A stretch of DNA of 64,000 nt from Azolla caroliniana (taxonomy: Eukaryota; Plantae; Polypodiophyta), in NCBI GenBank assembly GCA_043228905.1, contig JBHGNT010000012.1, forward strand, positions 11,284,001 through 11,348,000, in the 5' to 3' direction. A program made the position numbers and the translations under genes. The notes beneath the pieces were generated by a model. That model did no database searches. It was not told where the DNA came from and saw only the letters and a list, made by a program, of their open reading frames with translations. Below are positions 49,571 through 60,797 of this stretch, in pieces; position 1 is the first letter of the stretch; every line of letters begins with the position of its first letter.

Positions 49571-49610
49571 GTGGGTCTGACGGACAAAGTCTTGTCCCAC
49601 GGGCGTGCCA
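49571..49610 (+). other. tRNA-3'-end-like motif at the PPT position (element C)
   Basis: gtggg tctgac ggac aaa gtct tgt cccac gggcgtgCCA, then GG, then LTR. Confidence 0.85.
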
Positions 49611-49612
49611 GG

Positions 49613-50109
49613 CATTGTCCATAGGCCAAAAATATAAATACATTATGTAAACTCGCCATTAGGTAGAAGAGTAGGTGAGGAAATAGGTAAACTAGAAATA
49701 GTCGAGTTTTTAGCCCTCACAATCAGCCGATGGCTCGACTATGTCTCAAGAGGAAAATTATATAACCCAAGATATGCATACCTCAAGGGGGGATTATCTA
49801 GATCATTTTTAGCGTGATTAATATCGTAGTACCGAGCTCTACACGAACTGTTTCCGGCCGAGAGCCGTGTACTGTAATCATTGTGAGCTTTATCATTTAA
49901 TATAAGTTTCGCTCTTACTATTCTTTTATCTATGTATTCTCCCCGTACTCGTAAACCGAGCTACGTTTATGCCTAATGGGTTGTAGCCCGTGTACGCTCC
50001 TCGTACTCCTATCGTCTTCTCTGTGTAGAAGAGGCTTCCACGTAACCCAATCCCTTGATACCGATAGCTTGTGGGCTCATCGAAGGTGTTTCCCCATAAA
50101 TGGTTAACA
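49613..50109 (+). repeat. 3' LTR of C
   Basis: Direct repeat of 15356-15852 (initial TG reads CA). Confidence 0.93.
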
Positions 50110-50624
50110 TCGAGCCCCACCAAGAAAGTGAGTGGTTGTGACCCCCACCAGAACTAGAAGGTGAGCAATCGAAATAGATCCTCATCAAAAGAAAGTGAAG
50201 GGAAATGTAGACCAAAATGAAAATGGAGTGGAAGCGAGCAATGATTTGATCCCCACCATGAAAGTGAGCGGTTGTAACCCCCACCAGAACAGGGAAGGTT
50301 AGCGATCAAAATTGATCCTTGCCAAAGGAAAATGGAGTGAAACTTGAACCGAAATGAAAATGAGTACAAACGAGCAATGATTTGATCACCACCAAGAAAG
50401 TGAGCGGTTGTAACCCCCAACGGAGCTATGAAGTGAGCAATCAAAATCAATCTATTTGATAAAGACAACAAGTGGTGTTGAAAATGATGATGTCGAAGAC
50501 ACGGCAACGAAGACAATGATGATGAGGAAGCATCTCTAAAAACAAAGATGTTGATGACAATAACTCTGGAAGCAAGGATTGTGATGATGGTAACTCTAGA
50601 AGCAAGGGCGATGCTTCTAGTTGG

Positions 50625-50635
50625 AAGGGATTCAA
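50625..50635 (-). promoter_or_regulatory. Self-priming (Tf1-type) PBS of element H
   Basis: Minus strand TTGAATCCCTT, 2 nt after LTR, complementary to AGGGGATTCAA (50748-50738) 32 nt downstream of TATAAATA; no TGG tRNA PBS. Confidence 0.7.
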
Positions 50636-51016
50636 ATTGTCACAGACACACCAACGGAGCATGAAGAGAGAGATAAAGATCAAGGAGACAAGATGGGGAG
50701 AAACAAGAACACTAGATTGATGTGTCAATGACTGGTGTTGAATCCCCTGAAAGGGACCAAGGAGGTTACAAGTATTTATACAAGAAATATACTCAAGAAT
50801 ATACCCGACAAATATCTCTAGAATATACCCATCTAGAATACAGCATAGAATATATCTAGAATATTCTGGAATGTATTATATGCTAGAATAACAATACTAA
50901 ACTATTATATATAAGTACATGCTCGTATCTAGATTGTTGAGCATGATGTCTTGTAGATGTGAGGTTGCAGGTTCAATACTCACGAACTGCATATTTGATG
51001 TCACTGTGTCATGACA

Positions 51017-53115
51017 CTCGGTTTCGCAAATTTTTACCATCCCTTCATCAAGGGGTTTTCCACCATAGCCCAATCTCTTATCGCCCTTACCCACAAAGGT
51101 ACTCCCTTTTTATGGACCTTGGCGGCAAAAAATGCATTCGACTCATCACTGTCCCCATGCTTCTACATGCCGACCCCACAAGACCCTTCCAAGTCGAAAA
51201 CGATGCCTCTGACTTCGCAATTGGTGCCATCTTATCCTAGGCCGATGACACCAACATAATGCGCCCAGTGGCTTACTACTCCCACAAATTCACGGCGTTT
51301 GAAATCAATTATCGAATATATGACAAGGAGCTTACTGCTATCACTGCTGCCTTTGAAGAATGGCGCCCCTACTTGGCCGGCACGCAACACTGTATCCAGA
51401 CAGTAACTGATCATAAGAATTTAGTTTATTTTTCCACCACTCATAATTTGAATCGAAGGTAGGCCCGTTGGTCAACATTTCTCGTTGACTATGATTTTGA
51501 AATCGTATTTCGACTTGGTGGCCAACATGGGAAGGCCGATACCCCGAACTTGCAATCCGCCCTAGGGATGCAACTCATGCTCAAAAATCTCGTTGTTTGT
51601 TGAAACCCGACCAATTGCATATTTTTGCCACCGTATGTTGTAGGATGATTCGTTACTCCAACAAATCACCGATGCATCCACGACCGATGATTCGCCAACG
51701 AGATTTGAGATAGTCTGCAAAACCCTTCCACGACACCCAAATGGACGGACCTTGACAATTTCACCATACAAGATGGTTTGCTATTCCGAGATCATCTCTT
51801 GTACGTTTAGGTGTTGTGGGAATGCCACGATAACCCCCTTACGGGTTATTTCGGGGTTGCAAAAACCCTCAAACAAATCTCTCGGGGGTACTGGTGGCCA
51901 TAACCATGGAAGTTGGTCAAAGAATGCATGAAGACTTGTGAGGTTTGCACTCGCTCCAAAGTTGCTCATCATCGGCCATACGGTTTACTCCAGCCACTTC
52001 CATGCCCTAGTCGTCCCTATGCCTCTATCTCTATGGACCTTATCACCAATCTACCCTTGGTCAATAGCTACGACTCGGTGTTGATCATTGTTGATCGATT
52101 TACAAAGATGGTTCACTTCACTCCATGCTCAAAAACCATTTCCTGTGAAGGAATGGCGCATCTACTCCTCAACAATGTGGTCTGTTTGCATGGACTCCCC
52201 GACGATGCCATCTCCAATCATGGACCCCAGTTTGTCTCTCTCACTTCTAGTAGTGCCTGTTGCACACTTTAGGCATGTCCGTCAAGTTTTCCTCCGCCTA
52301 TCACCCCCAAACTGACGGTTAGATGGAGCACGTCAACCAAATCCTTGAGCAGTATCTTCGGTGCTTGGTTAGTTACCAGCAAGATGATTGGGTCAACTTA
52401 CTTTCACTAGCAGAATTCACCAACAATAATTCTCTCCATGCATCGATTGGTGTCACTCCCTTCTTTGCAAACTATGGTTTACATCCTCGGTTCAACATTT
52501 CCCTCCCTACCACTTCTGTGAACCCTTCGGTAGAGGGTCAAGCCCGCGTTTTAGAAGAGCTACATCATGACTTATCCTTAGAGCTTAGTCTCGCTGGCGA
52601 ACAATACAAGAAGCACATTGATTGCCATCGCTCTACCACTCCACCCTTTGTCGTCGGCAACATGTTCTAGTTGTTACGACGACACATCTCTACCATCCCT
52701 CCATGTGTGAAACTTGATTACAAGAAGTTAGGACCATTCCATATAGTTGAGCGTATCAATCTCGTCATCTTCCGGCTGGCCCTTCCATCCCACTTCCGGA
52801 TTCATGATGTTTTTCATGTCTCCCTCCTCAAACCCCATTATGTTTCACAACTCCCAGGACGTCAGCCCCCCCCCCCCCCCCCCCCACCACCACCACATGT
52901 GTAGTTGACGACAGGGGAGGAATACGAGGTCGACCAAATACTTGACTCACATTTGCACTGCCGACACTAGCAAGACCTCATCTTGTGGAAGGGTTACCCC
53001 CTGTTTGAAGCCACGTGGGAACCAACTCAGAATTTACAAAATGCCCCCGAGGTGGTCCAAGATTTTCATCTCTGGTATCCCCACAAACCGGCGATAGGTT
53101 TGGGAGGCGGGCGTA
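51017..53115 (+). pseudogene. Chromovirus pol remainder: RT end, RNase H, integrase, chromodomain
   Basis: [41 protein letters not shown]...WKGYP..EATWEP..NL. Confidence 0.92.
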
Positions 53116-53128
53116 TGAGGGGGTATAA

Positions 53129-53470
53129 TGTCACATCTAGCCTTGAACCTCTTACCTATAAGACACCCAATACTTAGTATTAGATAAACCATTTGGAAAC
53201 CCTTAAGTTGCATGTAAATTGTATATGGTTTAATATTGTATAGTCTAGCATATAGTACATTCAAAATATTCTAGTCTTTAGTATATTCTAGAAATATTCT
53301 GTGGCATATTCTAGACGGGTATATTCTAGAGATATTTCTCGGGTATATTCTATAGATATTTCTTAGGTATATTCTAGAGATATTCAATCTTAGAACTTGT
53401 ATAAATATGTGTGTTCACCTAGATTATAGTTAAGGTGAACAACACCAGTTACAAAGTCTTTCAAGGATCG
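53129..53470 (+). repeat. 3' LTR (partial) of the chromovirus, preceded by PPT GAGGGGG (53117-53123)
   Basis: TGTCAC start; TATTCTAGA repeats and TATAAATA shared with H LTRs in opposite orientation; right end unclear. Confidence 0.7.
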
Positions 53471-54506
53471 AGCAAATCGTGGAGCGAGGCATGCAAGTTC
53501 GTTTCAACAACGAAGGATGCTTTATAGAGAAAGATGGCACATGGGGGGCTTAGGTCTGGCTATAAATATGAGGCTTCGCTACCCGCATTGGATACATTAT
53601 CGACTACGTCGAGACTCTGATCTTGTGGTGATCAACTCTTATAGCAAGCACTCCAGCACTAGGTACGACTTGATGCCCCGACGGTGGTATGAGACGCCAA
53701 TCGCGCCTCAAGTCCGTCTCAATCCGTTCGCTCGAGGGTGGTCAGGTGGATCGATATCCTTCTTTCTCTCTCCTCTCTCATCTATCTATCTATTAATTCA
53801 TTATGATATGCTTACATTAGGATTAAGCTCTAATAGTTCATTACACTCTCGGTTAACCCTCACACTTTATCCACGTGTATTGAATACTACGGGATGTAAT
53901 CTTACCACGGGATATTATATGGTCATGCCCGTAACATGTAAACAATCAGGACCAAAGAGGATCAACTTTCGATGATCAAAAGCAGATTCCCCTAATCAAG
54001 ATGCCATGTAGGAATATCGAGATCGAGCATATGCCCTTCCTTGGTGTATGTTAATAATTAGGTAATTAACTAGGGTTAATTAGTGTCTAATTATGTGAGT
54101 AGTTAATAAGCGGAAGATTATGTGATATGAGTGTGTATGTGTGTGAGAGGAAGAGAGAGAGGAAGTTACACTTATGAACAATATTATAAATGGGGGATGA
54201 TTAACATGAGTGTAGCTAAAGACATTTCCTCTATATTAATAAGCATAAAAATACAATGAGATCCTCAATGAGGTATATATACATCTCATGTGCAAGGGTG
54301 CACATGTGTGAGGAGAATATAGGTACAAAGGTGTAAGTCCTATATTAAATGAACATGTGAGTGGAGGATCTAGAATGTATCTCACTCAAGTACAAAATCC
54401 TATTTAAGGCTTTAAGGTCAACACACTAACTAGATTCTATCTAGGTAACTACTAAGTTATGTGGTTAACTAAATGGCTAAAGTAAGTTGAGCTTGATATC
54501 TCAACA

Positions 54507-54668
54507 ATGTATTTCAAGGTGATACACGGTCACGAAATTGAAGCACATAAGAAATTGTGCCCAACGAGCCTATCGATGAATCAAGACTCGAGCATTCTAG
54601 ATATATGTTAGGTTCTTGTGATCATTGTAGAAAATGATTTGATGGGGAGAACCTTCCAAGAAGTGGTT
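54507..54668 (-). pseudogene. Decayed chromovirus RNase H; continues from 63685-64000
   Basis: Minus strand KCSFDLNQVGFLGY...NYEIHDKELWAI...|FLEGSPHQ, split by G at TSD TGGTT. Confidence 0.75.
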
Positions 54669-55136
54669 TGTTACCCGGACCCGGACAGTCAGTTTTACCG
54701 AACAAGTGGGAAAGCGTCGAAAACAGAGTCGGTTCGGATCGACTGTTCGGATCAATGACTCAGCAGTAAACGAAGAGAACTAAGTTAGTTAGATAATTTT
54801 GTAAATCTTGATAGTAAGTAGGAATAGTTCTTGATGAGAAAAGACCTTCGGTATACCTATAAAAGGGAACCGAAGGCATTGTAAGAAAGGTCGTTCTATT
54901 TAGTAATATAAGTTTAAGTTAGGAATATCTTGTACGAATTCTGTGTTCCTTCTATTGTCTATGATCTTAAGTGCAAGCTTCCTAATTTATAACTAAATAA
55001 CGATCACGGTAATTACCGATTAATATAGTATAATTCCGTTCGTAAAACACAATTCCTTGTTAGAACGTTGAGTAGCGACGTTCACTCTTCTGTATCGGTA
55101 GTAGTTAGTAATTAGCCGATTAACACAGAAGAATTT

Positions 55137-55148
55137 TGGCACGCCCGG
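55137..55148 (+). promoter_or_regulatory. PBS (tRNA-Arg type) of G
   Basis: TGGCACGCCCGG, 11 nt after LTR. Confidence 0.85.
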
Positions 55149-55184
55149 TTACATCTGCAATTAAGCAGAGAACAATTCGAATGG

Positions 55185-58100
55185 ATGTCGTATGAAGAGG
55201 AGGCACCGGTCAGTTGTAAGCGGCCTCGTACAAGGTCAGTTACGAAGGTAGTGCAGCAAGCGTTCATTGCGCAAGAACAGCCGGAATCAAGCACAAAGTG
55301 GTCGAAACTTCCTGACTTATCCGATCAATTACCTTCAGACGAAAAACAGACGGAAGAGGTATCGTTTTACGACATTTGGGACGATATGCCTTATACTTAT
55401 TCTAAGTTCCGGGAAGGAACAGATGCGGAAGCACATGTTAGGGATTTCTTAACGACATGGGAGATTAACCATGGAGCTCAGCGATTATCGGCAGATGCCG
55501 AAGATAAGTCAAAAATCGCTGAGTTCGTCTTATCATTAGACGGATATTCCGCTAATTGGTTTGCGCAGAACGGTCTTCAAGGATTTCCATCCTTTGAAGT
55601 ATTAACTAGTAAATTTTTACAATTATTTCATCAACAAATTCCGCAGAAGGATTTGATTGCGCAATTTTATGCGTTATATCAAGAAAAAAATGAAACAGTA
55701 TCTCAATTTGTGATACGATTTCAGAACTTACAGCTTCAGATTTCAAGGCCGATTCCGGATAAGGAATTAAAAGAAGTCTTTCTAGAAGCTGTAAAAGAAC
55801 CATTAAGGATGACATTGAAATTGTTCGATTTTCGAAATCAAACTATCGAACAAGTCATTGATAAAGCAATAGAAATGGGTCGACCACCGGTCAATGTTCA
55901 GAGTATGGACATGTCGGCATTACACTGTACATTACCAACAATGGAGGAGTTACAATTTCGACAAGCAGTTCAATGCACCACTTGTTTAAATACGGGGCAT
56001 TCAGCAATTGACTGTACGTTAAGAACACATTGTACAATATGTCATTCAAAATTACATTCCGTAGAACAATGTGAATATAATCTGCTTAATAAGACTACGG
56101 CGTCAGTACGACAAATTTTTGCTGACAATGGTTACCAAAATAACACTAATATGTTCAATGGTTATCAAAATAATAATTTTTCACAAAATCAGCAAAATGT
56201 ACAACAGAATCCGGTTCTACAGCCAAATCAGATCTTTTCACAACAAAATATGCAACCCACTCAAGTGACTCAAGCATTTCAACCAGGTTTTGCTCAATCC
56301 AACCCACCATTCGTACAGAATCCGAATCAATATTTTCAACAAAATAATCAAAGTTTCCAACAAGGTAACCCCCCATTTCAAGGGTTTCAACAGAACTGTC
56401 CGAATGTGCAACCGAATTCTACATTTCAACCAAATCCGGCATTTCAACCGGGTAATATGACTTTTCAACATAATACTCAAACCGTTCCACAAAATAATCA
56501 AATGTTTCAACAGAGTAATTTTCCGCCAAATCAGGAGTTCGAGACACCACACAATATAGCACAACCAAATGATAATACTGAACAATTTAGGCAGAATCGG
56601 TATAAAAACAAGAGATTTTACAAACCAAAAGCTACACGTCAATACCAACAAAACCCGAATGGTAATGAAGAGCAGCAATTTAATAACGGGCAATTTGCAC
56701 ATGGAGAGACCAGTGCAACATTTGTGCCCACTTGTTACATTTGTCGACAACTAGGCCATTATGCTAATCAATGTCCGGTTAACGGAAAGGGTCCAACAGT
56801 TAATATGGTAATACCGGAAGTTCAGCAAGTAACGACACGCAGCAAAAGCAAACAATCAGAGTGGGAAATTCAGGAAGAAGTTCGGAAGGCGGCAAAAGAA
56901 TGGGTGGATGAAGCAAATCAAAGTAATGTGAATCGAATGTTACAAGACAATAACATTGACCAGGACATCGCTGTACAACAGTCATTGGGGAATAAGGAAC
57001 AGGAAGAAACTTGGAAACTGTTGGCTGATTGCCAAGTGTCATTGCCACTTACGGGCTTACTTAAGTTAGTACCAAGGTTTACAGAAAAAGTGGCAGCATT
57101 AATTGCATATAAAGGTTCCGAACAAATAGCAGTACACTACAATCAGCCAAGTAATAACCCTTCGATCATGGATGAACAGAATCCGTCGATTAAGGTAATA
57201 CTTTACGGGCAAGAAATCGGAAATGTGATTATAGATGGAGGCTCGGGTGTTAATGTGATTAACAAAACTACATGTGAAAAACTGGGAATCACGGAATGGG
57301 AAGCATGTCCGTTTTGGTTACGAATGGCAGATACAAGTACGGTACGACCGATTGGTTTGCTTCGACAACTGGATGTAATAATCGGGGGACACAGTTTTCA
57401 GATTTCGGCAGTAATTTTGCAGTTAGAAACACAGGGAGCATACCCCTTGTTATTAGGGAGACCATGGTTAAAGACAGCTAATATTAAACAAAATTGGAAA
57501 CAAAATGTGCTAACATTTAGGAAAGGAAAAAATAAGGTCAGGATTCCGACGCACAACAAAGTGACAACAAGCAAATAGAGTTTACCTGTACATGCAGAAG
57601 CAGTTAATATGATGGAAGGATTGGACGAGGAAGAAGAAAGTCAGTATTTTGATGATAATCAAAAAATCATCCCTCTATTTGAGGTAGATATTTTGCAAGC
57701 ATTAACACCATATGTAGACTCACACGAAGAAGTGCCAATCGATGAGCAAACAATGAAAGAAATACGAATGCAACAAGAAGCTACAGATAAGGAAATGAAG
57801 GTATCTCAGAGAGTGCAAGCCTCAGCATTGGAGGAGATCGATTTGGCAGGAGTAGAGGATGCTGAAAGAAAAACAGTCTTGATTGCTAGAGATTTGACGG
57901 TAAATGACAAACGGACATTAACAACATTACTATTACAATATAAAGATGTTTTTGCATGGTCGTTTGACGATATGAAAGGTCTGGATCCCGCTTTTTGTCA
58001 ACATCAAATCAATTTGCATAAAGATGCAAAGCCAGTACAACAACGCAGGTACAGGTTGAATCCGAATTATGCTATCAAAGTAAAAGAAGAAATCGATAAA

Positions 58101-60797
58101 CTCTTAAAAGTAGGATTTATTCGACCCGTCAAAAAATCAACATGGCTAAGTCCGATAGTAGTAGTCCCGAAAAAGAATGGGAAAATTCGCGTATGTGTGG
58201 ATTACAGAAAATTGAATGCAGCGACAATTACGGATGCGTTTCCGTTGCCATTCACAGATGGGATATTAGATGCAGTAGCGGGACATGAAATTTATAGTTT
58301 CTTGGATGGGTTCAGTGGGTACAACCAAGTACGGATGAATCCCGAAGATCAGGAAAAGACAGCTTTCGTCACAGAATGGGGTGTCTTTGTGGCAGTAGTC
58401 ATGATGTTCGGTTTAAAAACAGCTCCAGCTACATTTCAGCGAGTAATACAGGAAATATTCGGGGAATATATTCCAGCTTTCATGCAGGTGTTTTTAGATG
58501 ATTTTGCAGTATATAGTCGGAAAGCTGATCATTTTGAGCATTTACGGCTATGTTTAGAAAAATGTCGAAAAGGGCGTCTTAGTTTAAATCCAGCCAAATG
58601 CGCATTCGGAGTAATGAGTGGTACATTACTTGGGCATATTGTCAGTCAAGAAGGGATTGCAGTGGACCCAGACAAAGTTAAAGCAATTATTGAGGCAACA
58701 CCACCAACAAATGCTAAAGCTCTAAGTAGATTTTTGGGTCAAATTCGGTGGCACAGTAGAATGATGAGATATCTAGCAGACATTGCTATTCCGTTACACA
58801 CAGCAGTACACAAAGTTCCTTTTATATGGACAAGTATAGAACAAGATGCGTACGAATGTCTCAAGAAGATGCTGACGAAGGTTCCGGTAGTTCAACCACC
58901 GGACTGGAACAAACCATTTCATGTTTTCGTCGATGCGTCGGACATTGCCATAGGCAGTGCGTTAATGCAATTATCCGAACCAAACTGGTATAGGCCGGTA
59001 TACTATGCCAGTAGGAAACTTTCGTCGGCCGAAAGAAACTATTCAACAACCGAAAGAGAAGCTTTGGGAATGATATATAGTGTGAACAAATTTCGACATT
59101 ACCTTTTGGGTAAGAAATTTACATTTCATGTGGATCATTCGGCTTTACTGTATCTAGTTTCCAAACAAGAATTGACAGGCAAGTTAGCCCGATGGACGTT
59201 ATTGCTTCAAGAGTTTGAATTCGACATTATACATCGACCAGGAGCATAGCACGCGATTGCTGACTATCTCAGTCGGCTTGAGTCTGGAGAAGAAGCGGTT
59301 GGGGTTAAAGATGATTTTCCAGATACTCAATTATTTCGGGTTGAGGCAGTAAAAGCACATGAAGTGAATGAGGAAAAAGAGGATGAATGGATTTCCGAAA
59401 TGACGATATTTCTATCAACAGGAATTCCGGCCGAACACATGTCGACAGATGAAAGAAAAAGAATTGCAGTACGAAGTCGGAATTTTTGTTTATTTAATGA
59501 CATGTTGTATCATAAAGGAGCGGATGGAATATGGCGAAGGGCAGTACGAAAATTTGAAAAATCAGCCATATTAACAGAGTCACATTGTGGAATTGCTGGC
59601 GGTCATTACGCAGGAGAAGCAACAGCCAGAAAAATATGGAATAGCGGGTTATGGTGGCCAACGGTGATGAAAGATGCTAACGAATACTGTAAGAAATGCG
59701 ATTTGTGTCAAAGAATGGGGCAACCAACCGAAAAGGATCGAATGCCTTTTCAACCGGTTTTACCTCTTGAGCCATTTCAGAAATGGGGCTTAGATTTTGT
59801 TGGCCCATTCAAACCAGCAGCTGCAAGAACCGGTAATCGATATATCATAATTGCGACTGACTATTGCACAAAATGGGTTGAAGCAAAAGCTCTCAGGGAC
59901 AATACAGCAGCATCCACAACAAAATTCCTGTATGAGAATATATGGTGTCGATTCGGTTGCCCAATAGAATTGGTAAGCGATCAAGGCACTCATTTTATTA
60001 ACAAGTTAATTAACGAATTAACCAATTACTATGTCGTAGTTCATAAGAAAAGTACGCCTTACTATCCCCAAGCTAATGGATTGGCAGAATCGACAAATAA
60101 AACAATTCAAACAATTTTAAAGAAGATAGTGAATGAAAATCGTACTGATTGGGATCAAAAGTTAAATAGTGCATTATGGGCATATCGTACTTCGTACAAA
60201 ACATCCATTAAATCAACATCTTTCCGAATGGCATTCGGACTCGAAGCCGTTATGCCGATCGAATTTCAAATTCCGACACTTCGTATCCAAGCAACGAATA
60301 AGTTAAATGAAATAGAATCGGAGCAGATACGCAAAGAGGCTTTATTAGTATTAGAAGAAGAACGGATTCAATCAATGTCAGCACTAGAACACAAGCAGAG
60401 ACAAATCAAGGCATTCGTAAATCGACATCGAAGGAAATCGGAAGAGCAATTCGAAATTGGGAAACCGGTATTGGTATTCCAGACGAGAATGGGACTTATG
60501 CCTGGGAAACTCCGGTATAAATGGACAGGTCCAGTATGGATAATTAATAGTAAAAATGGTACGTACCAACTGGGATCATTAACCAGAGAGGTTTTACCGA
60601 AATGGGTAAATGGATTTCGGCTTAAACCGTATTTGGGAGATATGCCGGTAAATCCGTTTATTCAAACGGAAGAGATCTGCAACTGTCATCGACAAGTGAT
60701 TCAGAACAAGGAAACACAGAAGTCATGCCGATTCCTGTATCTAAAGAACTGCGATTGTGGCTTCATGAGAGAAACTTACAAGGTTTCATCAAAGTAG
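55185..60797 (+). pseudogene. Single-frame gag-pol of G with two in-frame TAG (57576, 59247)
   Basis: ORFs 55185-57578, 57609-59249 and 59364-60797 share one frame; Gag, PR (IDGGSG), RT (FLDDF), RNase H (DASD), IN (H..H..C..C, KWGLDF, SDQG). Confidence 0.93.

Larger units (their letters stand above)
15356..50109 (+). mobile_element. Pol-less gypsy element 'C' (LTR-PBS-gag-ORF2-motif-LTR), host of E, D and I
   Basis: LTRs 15356-15852 and 49613-50109; internal pieces rejoin across TSDs ATGAC, ATTCA and GGGAG; outer flanks GTGAT/TCGAG do not match. Confidence 0.82.
14623..51016 (-). mobile_element. Non-coding LTR element 'H' related to the host chromovirus; contains C and all elements nested in C
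   Basis: TGTCACGA...TCATGACA termini; TSD GTCGG/CTCGG (14618-14622, 51017-51021); LTR-like copies 14623-~15119 and 50638-51016 share the TATA/R core and (TCTAGAATATA)-like repeats; internal 48-bp and ~136-bp tandem repeats. Confidence 0.7.

Noticed and set aside
49571-49610. Hammerhead ribozyme (CTGA near hairpins)
   Set aside because: CUGANGA/GAAA core absent; CTGA is CCGA or TCG in the other copies.
53470-54506. Host gene (ORF 53517-53975)
   Set aside because: Starts in a short copia pol scrap (QIVERGMQVRFNNEGCFIEK) and runs into AT-rich LTR-like sequence ending CAACA; no protein motif; element not classifiable.
57576-57578. Programmed stop-codon readthrough
   Set aside because: Lies after the protease rather than at the gag end, B and D have sense codons there, and a second similar stop lies at the end of RNase H.
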